This document shows, piece by piece, positions 10,096 to 21,080 of a stretch of DNA of 64,000 bases. The stretch is from an uncultured virus (IMG/VR IMGVR_UViG_3300042691_042722) (lineage: Duplodnaviria > Heunggongvirae > Uroviricota > Caudoviricetes), in IMG/VR virus record IMGVR_UViG_3300042691_042722; one strand, 5' to 3'. Position 1 is the stretch's first letter. Each line of letters begins with the position of its first letter. Under the pieces are notes generated by a model. That model searched no databases. It worked only from the letters and a program-made list of their open reading frames with translations, and was not told the DNA's origin. Made by a program: the position numbers and the translations under genes.

Positions 10096-10452
10096 TTAAT
10101 CTTTCTCAGGAGACTCTGTTAAATCTTCAATAACTTGAGGATCCGGTTGTATGACATGATCCAAAATTTCCTCGTTATCCATTAAGTTTTCAACAGATTT
10201 TTTTAGTCCAAAATTGGATAATTGACCTAATATATTGTATTTCAATGCTTTTTCTGTACTCATGAATCTGAAACCTATCCAAATAGTTACAGAACATATT
10301 GATATATAAAAAATTGAGAATTGTAAATTAAATGGTATCACTAATCCCTTGATTCCGAAGGCAATAAACATAACCATACAAATAATTGCTATCACCCGTT
10401 TGGATGAGACCTTGTTAGAGTCGGAAATTAGATGGTTAAAAAACTTCTTCAT
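10096..10452 (-). CDS. two-TM membrane protein, holin-like
   Basis: SSKR followed by two hydrophobic helices. Confidence 0.45.
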   Translation of the reverse strand: MKKFFNHLISDSNKVSSKRVIAIICMVMFIAFGIKGLVIPFNLQFSIFYISICSVTIWIGFRFMSTEKALKYNILGQLSNFGLKKSVENLMDNEEILDHVIQPDPQVIEDLTESPEKD

Positions 10453-10479
10453 ATCCATAAATATCTTATATTTGTGAAT

Positions 10480-11751
10480 ATGTTGACTGATAAACTCAAA
10501 CATATTCCCCAACATCCCGGTTGTTATTTGTTCAAAAATGACAAGGAACAGATCATTTATGTGGGTATGTCTAAGTATCTACCCAAGAGAGTCAAGTCTT
10601 ATTTCCAAAAAAATCACGATTCGGAGAAAACCAAATTACTTGTTGAACAGGTTAGTGATGTTGATTTCATGATAGCATCTTCCGAACAGGAGGCTATTCT
10701 TTTGGAGGAAGAACTAATTAAGTTATACAATCCCAAGTTCAATATCAAAGGTAAGGATGATAAGAGTAGGAAATGGTCTATTTGTTTTACTGACGAGCCA
10801 TTTTCTAAGTTGGAGATAGTCCGAAATAAGACCGATGAGAGACCTTCATTGGACTTCACTAGTGGATTACTGGCTCACGAGATATATGACCTTATTCACG
10901 ACATATTCCCCTTCAGGAGTTGTTCCTATTCTATCACACAAGAAAACATAGAGAAGTCCAAATTCAAAACTTGTTTGGAATATAGTTTGGGTAGATGTAA
11001 AGCTCCTTGTGTTGGTCTTGTGTCTTCATTTGAGTATTTGATGATGGTTAAGGGATGTAAGACCTTATTTACTTTGGATATTCACAAGGTGAGAAAAGAA
11101 CTCAAATCTGAGATGAAGTATTACTCAGATAAGATGGAGTTTGAAAAGGCGAATCAGGTGTTACACCGGATGAAGAGTTTAGATTTATTTGATCAGAAGG
11201 TTGAGGTGATCCGACTCAGTAATTCAAACAAAGTATCATATGAACTCAAAAAAGTTTTGGGTCTTAATCAGTTACCACTTGTAATTGAAGCGTTTGATAA
11301 TTCACATAATCAAGGTGATTGTAATGTTGCCGCGTCAGTTCGTTTCGTAAATAACAAACCTGATAAGTCAAACTACCGGAAGTATATTATCCGGGAACAT
11401 CAAGGTATTGATGATTATGCATCCTTTGATGAGGTATTACACAGAAGATTCAAACGTCTCCTTGATGAGAAGAAGGATCTACCTAATCTTGTTTTAATTG
11501 ATGGTGGTAAAGGTCAACTGAATGTCGCAATCAGGGTATTTGAAGAACTCGGACTAACAGATAAAATTGATCTCATCTCTATTTCAAAGAACGATAAACA
11601 TAAATCTTCTGTGGTTCACAAGTCAAATGGGGAAACATTTGACATACTATCAAACAATTCATTTACTAATCTTGCTAAGATACAAGATGAGGTTCATAGA
11701 TTTGCCATCAAATTCCACAATCAACGTAGATCAAAAAAAGTTTTAAAATAA
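10480..11751 (+). CDS. uvrC: UvrC-like excinuclease (GIY-YIG + UVR + RNase H-like domains; lacks C-terminal HhH)
   Basis: PGCYLF..IIYVG, IEAFDNSH, DDYASF.EV..RRF, LIDGGKGQ, QDEVHRFAI motifs. Confidence 0.9.
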   Translation: MLTDKLKHIPQHPGCYLFKNDKEQIIYVGMSKYLPKRVKSYFQKNHDSEKTKLLVEQVSDVDFMIASSEQEAILLEEELIKLYNPKFNIKGKDDKSRKWSICFTDEPFSKLEIVRNKTDERPSLDFTSGLLAHEIYDLIHDIFPFRSCSYSITQENIEKSKFKTCLEYSLGRCKAPCVGLVSSFEYLMMVKGCKTLFTLDIHKVRKELKSEMKYYSDKMEFEKANQVLHRMKSLDLFDQKVEVIRLSNSNKVSYELKKVLGLNQLPLVIEAFDNSHNQGDCNVAASVRFVNNKPDKSNYRKYIIREHQGIDDYASFDEVLHRRFKRLLDEKKDLPNLVLIDGGKGQLNVAIRVFEELGLTDKIDLISISKNDKHKSSVVHKSNGETFDILSNNSFTNLAKIQDEVHRFAIKFHNQRRSKKVLK

Positions 11752-11790
11752 TATTCCGTCTTAGATATTTATTTATGTTACTTATCAATT

Positions 11791-13188
11791 ATGGAAATTA
11801 TTATTAAAAAATCACAACTTAGAATTCTTGAGAGCAAAATGAAACTTTTGCAGAATTACGAAATCCCAAGAAAAAGAAAGTTGTTTGAGAACAAAGAATT
11901 TGGCACATTGATGGATATATCTTATGATGTGAATCCTGAAGTAATAAAACTACAGAAATTTTTAGTTGACAAGGGTTATTATATTGGTCGTTTTGGTAAG
12001 AAAAGAGATGGGATTGATGGTAAGTATGGTCCTTTCACAAAAGCTGCTCATGTTGCTTACATAGAAGACATGAGCCCCGAAAAATTTGAAAAGGAGAGAA
12101 AAGAGATTGCTCAAGAATTTATTGGTGATGTTGAAGATACTACATTAAAAAATGAATTCAATTTCCATTTGATACCTGATGGGAAAAACAATTACAGATC
12201 TGCTCAAATACCCGTTTTAATTAAGGGTAAAGATTATTTGGGGGAAGTTATTGATAAGTATGGTATCAAAACAATCATCAGATTAAATTACGATGACGAA
12301 GATGCCAAACATTTATCGTCTCATCCCGAAACATCAATTGAAGGTGAAAGAAAAGTGGCACTGGCTAAAGGAGTTAACTTTGAAAAACTCAGAGCATCAA
12401 GTAAAGCTGATCAAGATTTGATTGAGGATTATTTGAGCAGAGGAAATACTTTGATACATTGTGCTCACGGAGCAGACAGAACAGGTGGTGCTGTTGGTGC
12501 ATATCTAAAAAATAACGGATTTGGAGATACGAAAAAAGTTTGGGATTACACCACAAAGTACAATTCTTGGAATGATATGGTTTTTAATAAACCACAAACC
12601 TTTATGAAAAAAGGTTATTTTGATCAGGCCAAAAAGTTTGGCGTCAGAGATTTACAACACGCTCAAGAATTAGCTTCCGGAAAAAAATCAACATTCATAG
12701 AAAGAACCTCCGGGTCAATACCCCAAAACATAATAATTGGAGATTCTCAGGTGAAATATGTTGACATGAATACTAAAGCACAAAGGATATCAGCAGAACA
12801 GGGTGAAGAATCCTTACACAAAGGGGGAGAGACGTTGAGTTGGTTAACAGGTGCGGTTAAAAAATTTCCTGTTTCTCCCTCAGTTAAAAATGTGGTAATA
12901 GTAATCGGGACAAATGGTGTATTCGGAAAATACTCTAAAGACGATGTTCCCGAATTATTCTCAGCTCTAAGGAAAAAGTTTCCCAATGCTAAGTTCATAG
13001 CAGTTCAAGGGTCTTGGGGTTGGTCCAAAGGTAATATGAACGTTAAAATTGAGGATGTAAAAAATTACTATCAAAAATTTGCAGATGAAGGTGCTATTGT
13101 TATTGACCCACCAATCGGAAACATAGAACCTCACCAAAATCACGAAGTTTATTCACAAATTGGTAGAAATATTGACCAATATCTTTAA
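11791..13188 (+). CDS. peptidoglycan-binding + PTP/dual-specificity phosphatase-like + SGNH-like fusion protein
   Basis: LQKFL..KGY..G.DGKYGPFT; HCAHGADRTG (CX5R); IIGDS...GTN. Confidence 0.65.
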   Translation: MEIIIKKSQLRILESKMKLLQNYEIPRKRKLFENKEFGTLMDISYDVNPEVIKLQKFLVDKGYYIGRFGKKRDGIDGKYGPFTKAAHVAYIEDMSPEKFEKERKEIAQEFIGDVEDTTLKNEFNFHLIPDGKNNYRSAQIPVLIKGKDYLGEVIDKYGIKTIIRLNYDDEDAKHLSSHPETSIEGERKVALAKGVNFEKLRASSKADQDLIEDYLSRGNTLIHCAHGADRTGGAVGAYLKNNGFGDTKKVWDYTTKYNSWNDMVFNKPQTFMKKGYFDQAKKFGVRDLQHAQELASGKKSTFIERTSGSIPQNIIIGDSQVKYVDMNTKAQRISAEQGEESLHKGGETLSWLTGAVKKFPVSPSVKNVVIVIGTNGVFGKYSKDDVPELFSALRKKFPNAKFIAVQGSWGWSKGNMNVKIEDVKNYYQKFADEGAIVIDPPIGNIEPHQNHEVYSQIGRNIDQYL

Positions 13189-13197
13189 TCATTTTAC

Positions 13198-13935
13198 ATG
13201 ATACCTAATAAAAATATACAAGAAAATATTCTTAGAATTAAAGGTTTGATGTTAATTAGTGAACAAGATGAAACTTTGTCAAATATAGAAAAAATCACTA
13301 AGCAAATTGAGGATAGGATCAGAAACATTTTTAATAATTATTGTAGTTTAAAGAACAACAGGATTGTTTCAAATAACCCGTCCTTAAATAACATGTCTTG
13401 GGAGGATTATGTAAAAAAATTCAATGTAGATAATTGGGAGATAGACATGATAAAAAAACATGATTGTTCCAAAACATTCAGGATGATTAATTTTCTACCG
13501 GATTTACCCACCACATTAAGAAACAAATTTCTCACACTCAGAAAAATGGAAACTTTGGAAAAAATAAATCCTAGTTTGAAAACTATTTTTTTAAAAATAC
13601 AAAAAGAATTTGGTGAAAGATTAAATTTAGCGCCAATGGGAGGTCTCAGAAACCTTGAACAAAACAAGTCTGAAGGTGGAGCAACAAAATCATCACATTT
13701 AACCGGACACGCAATTGATATTTATTTGGAAACCCCTGATCAATCAAAAATTAAAAGATTAATTGACATAGCTTCGGCTAACGGAATTTTAGGTATTGGT
13801 GTTTATTCTGATGCTCAAAACCTACATTTAGATATTGACGCTTCAAAAGGTAGAAGAGCTTACGGATCAGGTTATAGTTCAAAAGGGATTCCGAGTTGGG
13901 CAAAACAAGAAATACAAAGACATCTAAGTCGTTGA
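13198..13935 (+). CDS. leader + peptidase M15-like Zn peptidase
   Basis: GLR....N...GGA..SSHLTGHAIDI ... LHLD. Confidence 0.75.
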   Translation: MIPNKNIQENILRIKGLMLISEQDETLSNIEKITKQIEDRIRNIFNNYCSLKNNRIVSNNPSLNNMSWEDYVKKFNVDNWEIDMIKKHDCSKTFRMINFLPDLPTTLRNKFLTLRKMETLEKINPSLKTIFLKIQKEFGERLNLAPMGGLRNLEQNKSEGGATKSSHLTGHAIDIYLETPDQSKIKRLIDIASANGILGIGVYSDAQNLHLDIDASKGRRAYGSGYSSKGIPSWAKQEIQRHLSR

Positions 13936-14003
13936 TTATCAATAACTTTTGTTAAATTGACCAAAATATCGTATCTTTGTGATGTAACAAATCACAATAA
14001 TTT

Positions 14004-14513
14004 ATGGTAATACAGGAAATTTCAAACAAAACAATTAATGTTCCCCACTTTTTACAATCAGATGATAGCTTATGTGGTCCGGCTTGTCTACGGATGGTGT
14101 TAGCGTTTTGGGGAATTAAAAAAACAGAAAAAGAGTTGGCACTTGCTTGTAATCACACCTATGAAAAGGGATGTCAGGGTGAAGATATGGTAAAAGCCGC
14201 AAGACAATTTGGATTTGATGCGTTCATCAAAAATAATTCCGATGTAAAAGAACTGAAAGGTTACGTTGATCTTGGAATTCCAATTATTGTGGATTGGTTC
14301 TGTGGTGATTTACCTGAAGGTCACTCCTCTGTTGTGGTGGGTGTTGATGATGAGAACGTATATATGTTAGATCCGTGGTTAGATGAGATGAGAGTTGTTA
14401 CAATTTATGATTTCAAGAGATGTTGGTTTGATTTCAGAGAAACACCGATAACACCCGATAATCTATATGTTTCTCAAATTATGGTTATTTTACCTAAATT
14501 TACATTTCATTGA
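14004..14513 (+). CDS. peptidase C39-like protein
   Basis: Q.....CGPACL.M, GH..VV, DP motifs; TATCTTTG promoter at 13972-13979. Confidence 0.75.
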   Translation: MVIQEISNKTINVPHFLQSDDSLCGPACLRMVLAFWGIKKTEKELALACNHTYEKGCQGEDMVKAARQFGFDAFIKNNSDVKELKGYVDLGIPIIVDWFCGDLPEGHSSVVVGVDDENVYMLDPWLDEMRVVTIYDFKRCWFDFRETPITPDNLYVSQIMVILPKFTFH

Positions 14514-14558
14514 GGTGATCAATAATAATTTATCTCGTTTAACATATTTATAATCTGA

Positions 14559-14843
14559 ATGGAAAATGTATTAATTAAATATCTTAATCGTAAAAAATTC
14601 AAATTAGTAGAAAAAGATGGTGTTTTCTATTTATTTGACATAAAAAATCCTGACGATATTTTAATTAAATGTCATAAGAATTTTGTTTCAGGACAAATCA
14701 AATTCTCTTTTTTACATGAATTAACCATCTTCTTCAATTATGATTCCAAAACAATTTTAAATGATATAAAAACTTGGTTAATATCCGACATGGACATATA
14801 TTGTCAGAAATTAGAAATAGTCCGGGAAATACTAATTGATTAA
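14559..14843 (+). CDS. hypothetical protein (FF..I..W paralog family)
   Basis: TATTTAT upstream; resembles ORF 25687. Confidence 0.55.
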   Translation: MENVLIKYLNRKKFKLVEKDGVFYLFDIKNPDDILIKCHKNFVSGQIKFSFLHELTIFFNYDSKTILNDIKTWLISDMDIYCQKLEIVREILID

Positions 14844-14844
14844 T

Positions 14845-16866
14845 TTATTGATTTGGTTTGTAAATCGGAATTTTTTTGAAACCATCTTTATACTGTTCGT
14901 ATTTCCCAAATTGTCCCAATTTTGCTTCAGATTTTAAATATTCAATTTGTGAATAAATTCTTTTGAGTATGTCCGGCTTTAATTCAGGTTTTTGATCTAT
15001 TAAATCTTTCACCTTTATATTCCACGATGGCCCTAAATATTCCAATGTTTTGGAAGATAAATCCCCCTGTGCCAACTCCCTTGTCACGTCATCCAATTCA
15101 ACTAAAACCCACTCTAATGGTTTTTTGGATAATTCATCTTGAACGTGCCTTGTCATATTATTAACAAGTTCTGATGTGACTGCCATGGTTTCTTGATGGT
15201 GACCGTAGTAATTAATATATGACCTATTAAAATCATCATAAAGTTTATTTAACGCGGCGTAAAACTCCTCATCAGTATTGTATAGATGACGCATATTTTT
15301 TGCGTTTTCGTAAAGTTTACGGTCTAAATTTAAAGTTTCCACAATCTCATCATAATCTTTATTTAATTTAGATGAAATCATTGAAGGATCTTTTATATGT
15401 GCCGCTTCATGTGCAAATGTGTTGAAAATAAGATTTTCTGCTCTACCGGTATTATATTTAGAATTGAAAACAATATGGTGTGGTTTACTTCTACCATATG
15501 CCCATGCGATACCACTTTCATCAGGGAAATTTCCATAATAAATTGGAGTGTCAATTAGCTCATTATTTCTCCATAATTTGATATTACCGACATACTCGTA
15601 TTTACCTGGTGTTAGTACTTTACTCTCATCTTGAAATATATCATATAATTTTTTCGTTAAAGTCTCCATTTCCTCAATTTCGGATTTACCAAATTTTATA
15701 CCTGAAGCCGCAATATAATGTGGTAATTTAGATGTGTTTTCAATTGCTGATGATAAGAATTGTTTATATTTTACTTTATCAATTGTATTGTTGAGTAAAT
15801 CATTCAATATTTTTTCATAACTTTCCTGACCAAATTTTGAAATATAAAGATCTTTATAAAATTTAGTAAATTGAGATACACTTTCTAAGGAACTTGTACT
15901 TTCTTTTATTAATTTGACCATGACAGGGTCATTACAAAGAAATTTCAAAAAATTTACTTCCTGAAAGTCAAGTTTTTCACCTTTTGCGACTTTACTTATA
16001 AAGGATTTGACAACCTCAATATTTTCAAATTTTGATGGAACCCCTGAGATTGGTTTTTTCCATTTTTTAAAAAATATAAATAACAAAAGTGAAGTAACAA
16101 TTGTTTGTGTTTCGCTATCCAAACTCTCCCAATCAATCCCACCTATCTCAGTCAAGATAAAACCTAATCCAAACAAGCTCGCTTTAATTCCATTTTCAGA
16201 TAATGCTAATTTTCCAAATGTATCTTTGAAGTTAAATGCAGAAGCATCAACATTAACTTTGGGTTTGGGTTTAATTCGTGAGGTTTTAGGATTTATATCA
16301 TCAAATGCCGTTCCCAATTTTTTTGAATTAACTAGTCTATCACTTAATTTAGCTCCTAAAGTTTTTGTAAAAAATGGATTATCAATTCCCATCAGAGCCA
16401 ATTGTCCGGTCAAACTCGTGTTGTTTCTTTTGGCTAAAGTATTAAGAGCGTCCAATAATTCAGCTTCACTCACATCACTTCTTCTACACAATTCACCGAT
16501 TAAATCCTCGTATATTGTATCTACAACTCCTGGTTTGTTTGGATTATAAGAAGATTTTATCAGATAATAAATTTCATCCATTATTTTTGGTGGTCCATTG
16601 ACCCAATCATCCGCATTTGAACTTTTCATAATTCTCTGTAGTTCGTTAAACTCAGATTCATCTAAAGCAGTACCTCTACCTGGTACGATGACTTTTTTCA
16701 AGGCTCCGGTTACTTCATCATAAGTCTTTACAAAACTTGGAATTATTTCATCAGTAAAAGAAACAAGACTATCCCATCTATTTTCAAGAATCAATCTTTT
16801 TTTTGGAATTCCCATTATTTCATGAATTCTTGTTATTTCTTCCAATAATATTTTTTTGTTATTCAT
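14845..16866 (-). CDS. large leader-bearing protein with HEXXH metallopeptidase-like motif
   Basis: ILLEEITRIHEIMG leader; FAHEAAH; two hydrophobic segments. Confidence 0.6.
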   Translation of the reverse strand: MNNKKILLEEITRIHEIMGIPKKRLILENRWDSLVSFTDEIIPSFVKTYDEVTGALKKVIVPGRGTALDESEFNELQRIMKSSNADDWVNGPPKIMDEIYYLIKSSYNPNKPGVVDTIYEDLIGELCRRSDVSEAELLDALNTLAKRNNTSLTGQLALMGIDNPFFTKTLGAKLSDRLVNSKKLGTAFDDINPKTSRIKPKPKVNVDASAFNFKDTFGKLALSENGIKASLFGLGFILTEIGGIDWESLDSETQTIVTSLLLFIFFKKWKKPISGVPSKFENIEVVKSFISKVAKGEKLDFQEVNFLKFLCNDPVMVKLIKESTSSLESVSQFTKFYKDLYISKFGQESYEKILNDLLNNTIDKVKYKQFLSSAIENTSKLPHYIAASGIKFGKSEIEEMETLTKKLYDIFQDESKVLTPGKYEYVGNIKLWRNNELIDTPIYYGNFPDESGIAWAYGRSKPHHIVFNSKYNTGRAENLIFNTFAHEAAHIKDPSMISSKLNKDYDEIVETLNLDRKLYENAKNMRHLYNTDEEFYAALNKLYDDFNRSYINYYGHHQETMAVTSELVNNMTRHVQDELSKKPLEWVLVELDDVTRELAQGDLSSKTLEYLGPSWNIKVKDLIDQKPELKPDILKRIYSQIEYLKSEAKLGQFGKYEQYKDGFKKIPIYKPNQ

Positions 16867-16884
16867 TAATAATAAATATCAATA

Positions 16885-17265
16885 TTATTTGGAAATAAAA
16901 TCCACAATAAACGTTAATGTTGAATTTAATTTATTTTTTAGGTTTTGTATTTCAAAAAAAGTAAAAAATTTATAATTTGTGTGTTCTTCATTAAGTTTTA
17001 TCAAAGTTTCATCAAAATCAGATGAAACTAAAGTAAAAACATACATGTTATACCCATCAATGTTATAATCATTAAAAAAATGATAATTAGAAACACTTAT
17101 ACCAAGTTCCTCTCTTACTTCTCTTATTAATGCTTCTTCAGGAGTTTCTCCTTTTTCTATACTTCCACCAGGAAGTGCCCATTTACCCGGATGATTATCA
17201 TCATCAGGTCTTCTTTTGAGTAATAAGAATTTGTTATCTTTAACAATCAATAATAGTGAAACCAT
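16885..17265 (-). CDS. NUDIX hydrolase
   Basis: [23 protein letters not shown]udix box. Confidence 0.9.
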   Translation of the reverse strand: MVSLLLIVKDNKFLLLKRRPDDDNHPGKWALPGGSIEKGETPEEALIREVREELGISVSNYHFFNDYNIDGYNMYVFTLVSSDFDETLIKLNEEHTNYKFFTFFEIQNLKNKLNSTLTFIVDFISK

Positions 17266-17266
17266 A

Positions 17267-17572
17267 CTATATAATAAATTTTAACTCCAGAGAATATTTT
17301 TCCTTGATATATCTTTTGAGAATTTCGGTAAATTCAGTTCTTGAGATTGAAAAAAGGTCAATTATATGACTTAATATTGGTCCGTGATAAAACCAAGTAT
17401 CTTGATCTTCAGGACCTCCAATAAGAATCGCATCTTTACCATCAACATCCAGAATTATAGCATTCCATGGTTCGCTTAAATCTATATTCCTGTACCCTTC
17501 AACAAAAGTTGCGTCCTTAAATATTTTGTTCAAATATCTGAAAACATTTCTATCTAAAAATTTATCTCTCAT
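17267..17572 (-). CDS. hypothetical protein
   Basis: TATTTAT 4 nt upstream on the minus strand. Confidence 0.6.
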   Translation of the reverse strand: MRDKFLDRNVFRYLNKIFKDATFVEGYRNIDLSEPWNAIILDVDGKDAILIGGPEDQDTWFYHGPILSHIIDLFSISRTEFTEILKRYIKEKYSLELKFII

Positions 17573-17734
17573 AATTATAAATATAGATATGTTTCTGATT
17601 AATTAGTATATATTCATTTGAAAAATTAAACATATGTAAGTTCAAAGAGATATTAAAAGAGTGCTCCAAATTATGGAGCAGGTTGTAAAAAAAGACGCAA
17701 AAAATTATGTTTATCAAATCAACCTCCTTGGTAA

Positions 17735-18061
17735 TTAAACAAGTCTTGTTTCAACGAACAAAACTCTTATATCCCATTTAGATCCATATTCATAAATTCC
17801 GAGACCAAAAGCGTCATTTACTTGTTCTCTGATCTTACCTCTTACCTGAGCGTGATCTTCAAATTCATTAGTGTAATTACCTTTACAAATTCCATTAGGA
17901 TCAACAACGACAATAATTGTTGTTGCAGTAATAATTTTATTTTCATGTCCTAAAAGAACTTTCTTTTTTTCAAAATTAACAGACACTATATCATCAAACT
18001 GAGATTTAATATACTTCTCAATTAGACCTTGCATTCTATCCTCTTTCAACAGATATTTCAT
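17735..18061 (-). CDS. hypothetical protein with MKYLLKE leader
   Basis: Leader plus TATTTAT 5 nt upstream. Confidence 0.65.
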   Translation of the reverse strand: MKYLLKEDRMQGLIEKYIKSQFDDIVSVNFEKKKVLLGHENKIITATTIIVVVDPNGICKGNYTNEFEDHAQVRGKIREQVNDAFGLGIYEYGSKWDIRVLFVETRLV

Positions 18062-18098
18062 ATAGTATAAATACAAAGATAAAAGTATTTATTTAGGT

Positions 18099-18794
18099 AT
18101 GAATGTGAAATCTATCAGAGAAGATAAAGAAAATTTCAATAAAACTACTTACAAGTATTCCATACCACTGCAAGTTAAACGTAGAATAAGTGCAATTGAT
18201 TCCGGACTTGAGTTTTTTTTGGAGAAGGTTTACACCATACCCAAAATATGTGATTTGTACGTCTCATATGATGAATTTATTCAGGTTATGAGCGACACAA
18301 TTGCTGAGAGAATGTATAATTATCATTTTTCAGATCTTGATGATATGAGTGAGGAATGGGAGGAAATTTATCATGGTATTTTGGAATATGTTGACATCGT
18401 TTGGGGCGACAGATTAGAAGAGTATTTTGAAAATGGTTGCAATAAAGGGGAAGTTATAAAAGAAGAAAAAATAAATAATTTTATAATTTCCAAGTTTGAT
18501 AGAGTATTTGACAAACTTAATTTGAAAATTGAAAACCATAGAAATACAATATATGGTAAATGGTTTAATGAAATGAATAAAGTTGTGTTTCATAGAAATG
18601 ATTGGGGTACCTTATGGATAGAGGATTGTGAGACATACAGAGAGCTAAGATCTTATACTAAGTTTATTGGATTGGATTTGGAGGGATTCAATGAATTGTT
18701 AATTAAATATTTGAATGACAAATACCAAGAACAATTTTTTGATAGACCAATTAAAAAAGTTGGAGATGAGAATAATTGTTTAGAAGAATATTAA
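18099..18794 (+). CDS. two-module hypothetical protein
   Basis: TATTTAT at 18086-18092; internal VIKEE junction. Confidence 0.65.
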   Translation: MNVKSIREDKENFNKTTYKYSIPLQVKRRISAIDSGLEFFLEKVYTIPKICDLYVSYDEFIQVMSDTIAERMYNYHFSDLDDMSEEWEEIYHGILEYVDIVWGDRLEEYFENGCNKGEVIKEEKINNFIISKFDRVFDKLNLKIENHRNTIYGKWFNEMNKVVFHRNDWGTLWIEDCETYRELRSYTKFIGLDLEGFNELLIKYLNDKYQEQFFDRPIKKVGDENNCLEEY

Positions 18795-18797
18795 AAT

Positions 18798-19211
18798 ATG
18801 AACCTACAAGAAACCATAAGAAAAATTTTACGTGAGGAATTATATTCACCCGCAGGAGATGAATATATACCTGGCAGAGTTGTTGTTCATAAATCAAATC
18901 CGGTTTGGAGAGATAACATTAAAGAAGTGGGATTATCCATTTCAGTTGGGGATTGTTATCAACAGCACGTTGGTGGTGATGTGGAATGTGTGGAGGCTAT
19001 TTTCGCAACAGATTCTCTCAATGAAAAAGATATGTTTCATTCAACCTATGACGATGATATTTGGTTGATAAATACTGAATGTGCTGGTGTAAAATGGTAT
19101 AGGGATAAACATTTTGAGTCCGGTGATTATATACATCACATCGTTACCTTTGAAAATATATCTCCTGAATGTATTAAACTTATTTACAAAGGCACAGGAA
19201 AAAGTTATTGA
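18798..19211 (+). CDS. leader + possible ADP-ribosyltransferase-fold domain
   Basis: MNLQETIRKILREE; VHKS......I...GL, IFAT, ENISPECI pattern. Confidence 0.45.
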   Translation: MNLQETIRKILREELYSPAGDEYIPGRVVVHKSNPVWRDNIKEVGLSISVGDCYQQHVGGDVECVEAIFATDSLNEKDMFHSTYDDDIWLINTECAGVKWYRDKHFESGDYIHHIVTFENISPECIKLIYKGTGKSY

Positions 19212-19212
19212 T

Positions 19213-19755
19213 ATGAACCTACAAGAAAACATACAACGAATTAAAGAAATGATGGGGATCATTACCGAAACTAGAGAAGGTTTGATGAGATATTTGCTAG
19301 ATTCTAGTTATAAGATAACAGGAATAGAGTGGCCTCAGTATGTTATTAGAGATTGGATGTATAGAAATACCAAAGAGGTTGGAGATTCAAATCCTGAAAT
19401 GTATAAAGGTTTGATAAGTGCATTTCTTAAAAACTTTATGGAGGATTATGGAAAAGGACATTGGGAATACAGAAGATTGGATGTATCAATTGATATATTT
19501 ACAGAATTTGTTCAGAAGGATTTGAAAGATAAAATGGGTGGTTATATAAATCCAAACGTTCAAAAAGATGAAGAAAGACATAAAACACAATCATCACAGA
19601 TTGAAAAGGTTGGAGTTTCACCGGAACCAATAATTCTTGCTCTGACGCCTGATGGAAAATATGATTTACTTGAAGGTTGGCATAGAACAACGAACGCATT
19701 AAAAAAATTCGGAAACTATAAACAGAACGCTTGGGTATATATAATGGAGAAATGA
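19213..19755 (+). CDS. leader + ParB/Srx-like domain
   Basis: MNLQENIQRIKEMMG; EPIIL....GKYDLLEGWHR. Confidence 0.55.
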   Translation: MNLQENIQRIKEMMGIITETREGLMRYLLDSSYKITGIEWPQYVIRDWMYRNTKEVGDSNPEMYKGLISAFLKNFMEDYGKGHWEYRRLDVSIDIFTEFVQKDLKDKMGGYINPNVQKDEERHKTQSSQIEKVGVSPEPIILALTPDGKYDLLEGWHRTTNALKKFGNYKQNAWVYIMEK

Positions 19756-20522
19756 AATTACAACAAACCATAAAACAAATTATATTGGAGGATATAAATA
19801 ATAAATCTTACAAGATAGAAAAACTTCTCAGCAGAATGGTTAAAGAAAAATACCCGAGGTTTGTTTGTAGAATTGAGGTTATTCCGCCGGGTAATGAATC
19901 ATTTTATGTTAGTGGTCAAAAAACAAAAAATTACATCGTTAGAGTGGTATTTAAACCATTACCTGACGGTGGATGGGTTGCAAGAGATTATGAGGAAAAA
20001 GTTATGAATGAGTGTTGGGATATGGTTTATGGCTTTACGGGTATTCCTGTTGATGTTTATTCAAAACATGATCCGACTTGTGGACGAGATTCTATGATTG
20101 GAATAAGTGAATCAAGATTTCTAAAAAGAAGAGTCGGTCCGGAATTAATTGAGGATGGAATAAAAGACGCATTGGATTATGTGTCAGGTAAATTCTACAA
20201 TAAGAGATCATCTTGGTATAGAGCGGATCCGGAAGTATTTAGGAGAATAGTTATTAACATCTTGATGGATCATCTTCATCCTACAATATCAAATTGGGGG
20301 ACTGAGGATTTTCCATATGATGAAGTTTATGATTACCTTACAGATTACTATTCAAAAAGAATACTTGAAAGATACAAAGAACTTGATGAAAATCCACCAA
20401 CACAGATGGAAACAAATGAATCTGAGATAACTGAAAGATGTTGGAAAGGTTATACCCAAAAAGGTATGAAGACAATGTTTGGTAAAAGATATCCAAATTG
20501 TGTTAAAAAAACAAAGAAATGA
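19752..20522 (+). CDS. multi-module leader-bearing protein ending in a CWKGY..PNCVK motif
   Basis: MKLQQTIKQIILE; internal ISE/ITE junctions. Confidence 0.65.
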   Translation: MKLQQTIKQIILEDINNKSYKIEKLLSRMVKEKYPRFVCRIEVIPPGNESFYVSGQKTKNYIVRVVFKPLPDGGWVARDYEEKVMNECWDMVYGFTGIPVDVYSKHDPTCGRDSMIGISESRFLKRRVGPELIEDGIKDALDYVSGKFYNKRSSWYRADPEVFRRIVINILMDHLHPTISNWGTEDFPYDEVYDYLTDYYSKRILERYKELDENPPTQMETNESEITERCWKGYTQKGMKTMFGKRYPNCVKKTKK

Positions 20523-21079
20523 ACCTACAAGAAAACATACAGAGAATAAGACAAGTAATTAATCTTATATGTGAGGAGAAACTGCCAGCAACACCGAATG
20601 CTTTAATCAGAACCTTACCGGATGATTTAAAGAAATTGTTATTCAATCAGTGGGGTGCAAAACAAAATCCTAAATGGCATCCCGAAGGTAATAGTTTAAA
20701 ACACATATTGGTAGTTATTAAAAGAGCATATCATCATTATCCTGATGACCCAAATATGATTATGGCGGCGCTATTCCACGATTTGGGAAAGATGGACACA
20801 TACGCAATAAATCCCAAAACGGGAGAACCAACCGCATATGGACACGAAAACAAATCTACCGATTATGTGGAACAATTCAAAGATTGGATATCAACATTTG
20901 AAGGAACAGATATTGATGAGATAAAGTATTTGGTTCAGAACCATATGAAAGTTAAACCTAGCACTTGGGATTCAATGAGAGATACCAAAAAAGAACCGAT
21001 AAAATCACACCCAGCATTTGAAAAACTGATGGGTTTTACAGATAAACTAGATGGTGGAGGAATAAATATAGAAAAATAA
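20519..21079 (+). CDS. leader + HD-domain phosphohydrolase
   Basis: QNPKWHPEG...H, AALFHDLGK, YGHE, NHM motifs (HD domain as in CCA-adding enzymes). Confidence 0.8.
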   Translation: MNLQENIQRIRQVINLICEEKLPATPNALIRTLPDDLKKLLFNQWGAKQNPKWHPEGNSLKHILVVIKRAYHHYPDDPNMIMAALFHDLGKMDTYAINPKTGEPTAYGHENKSTDYVEQFKDWISTFEGTDIDEIKYLVQNHMKVKPSTWDSMRDTKKEPIKSHPAFEKLMGFTDKLDGGGINIEK

Positions 21080-21080
21080 T

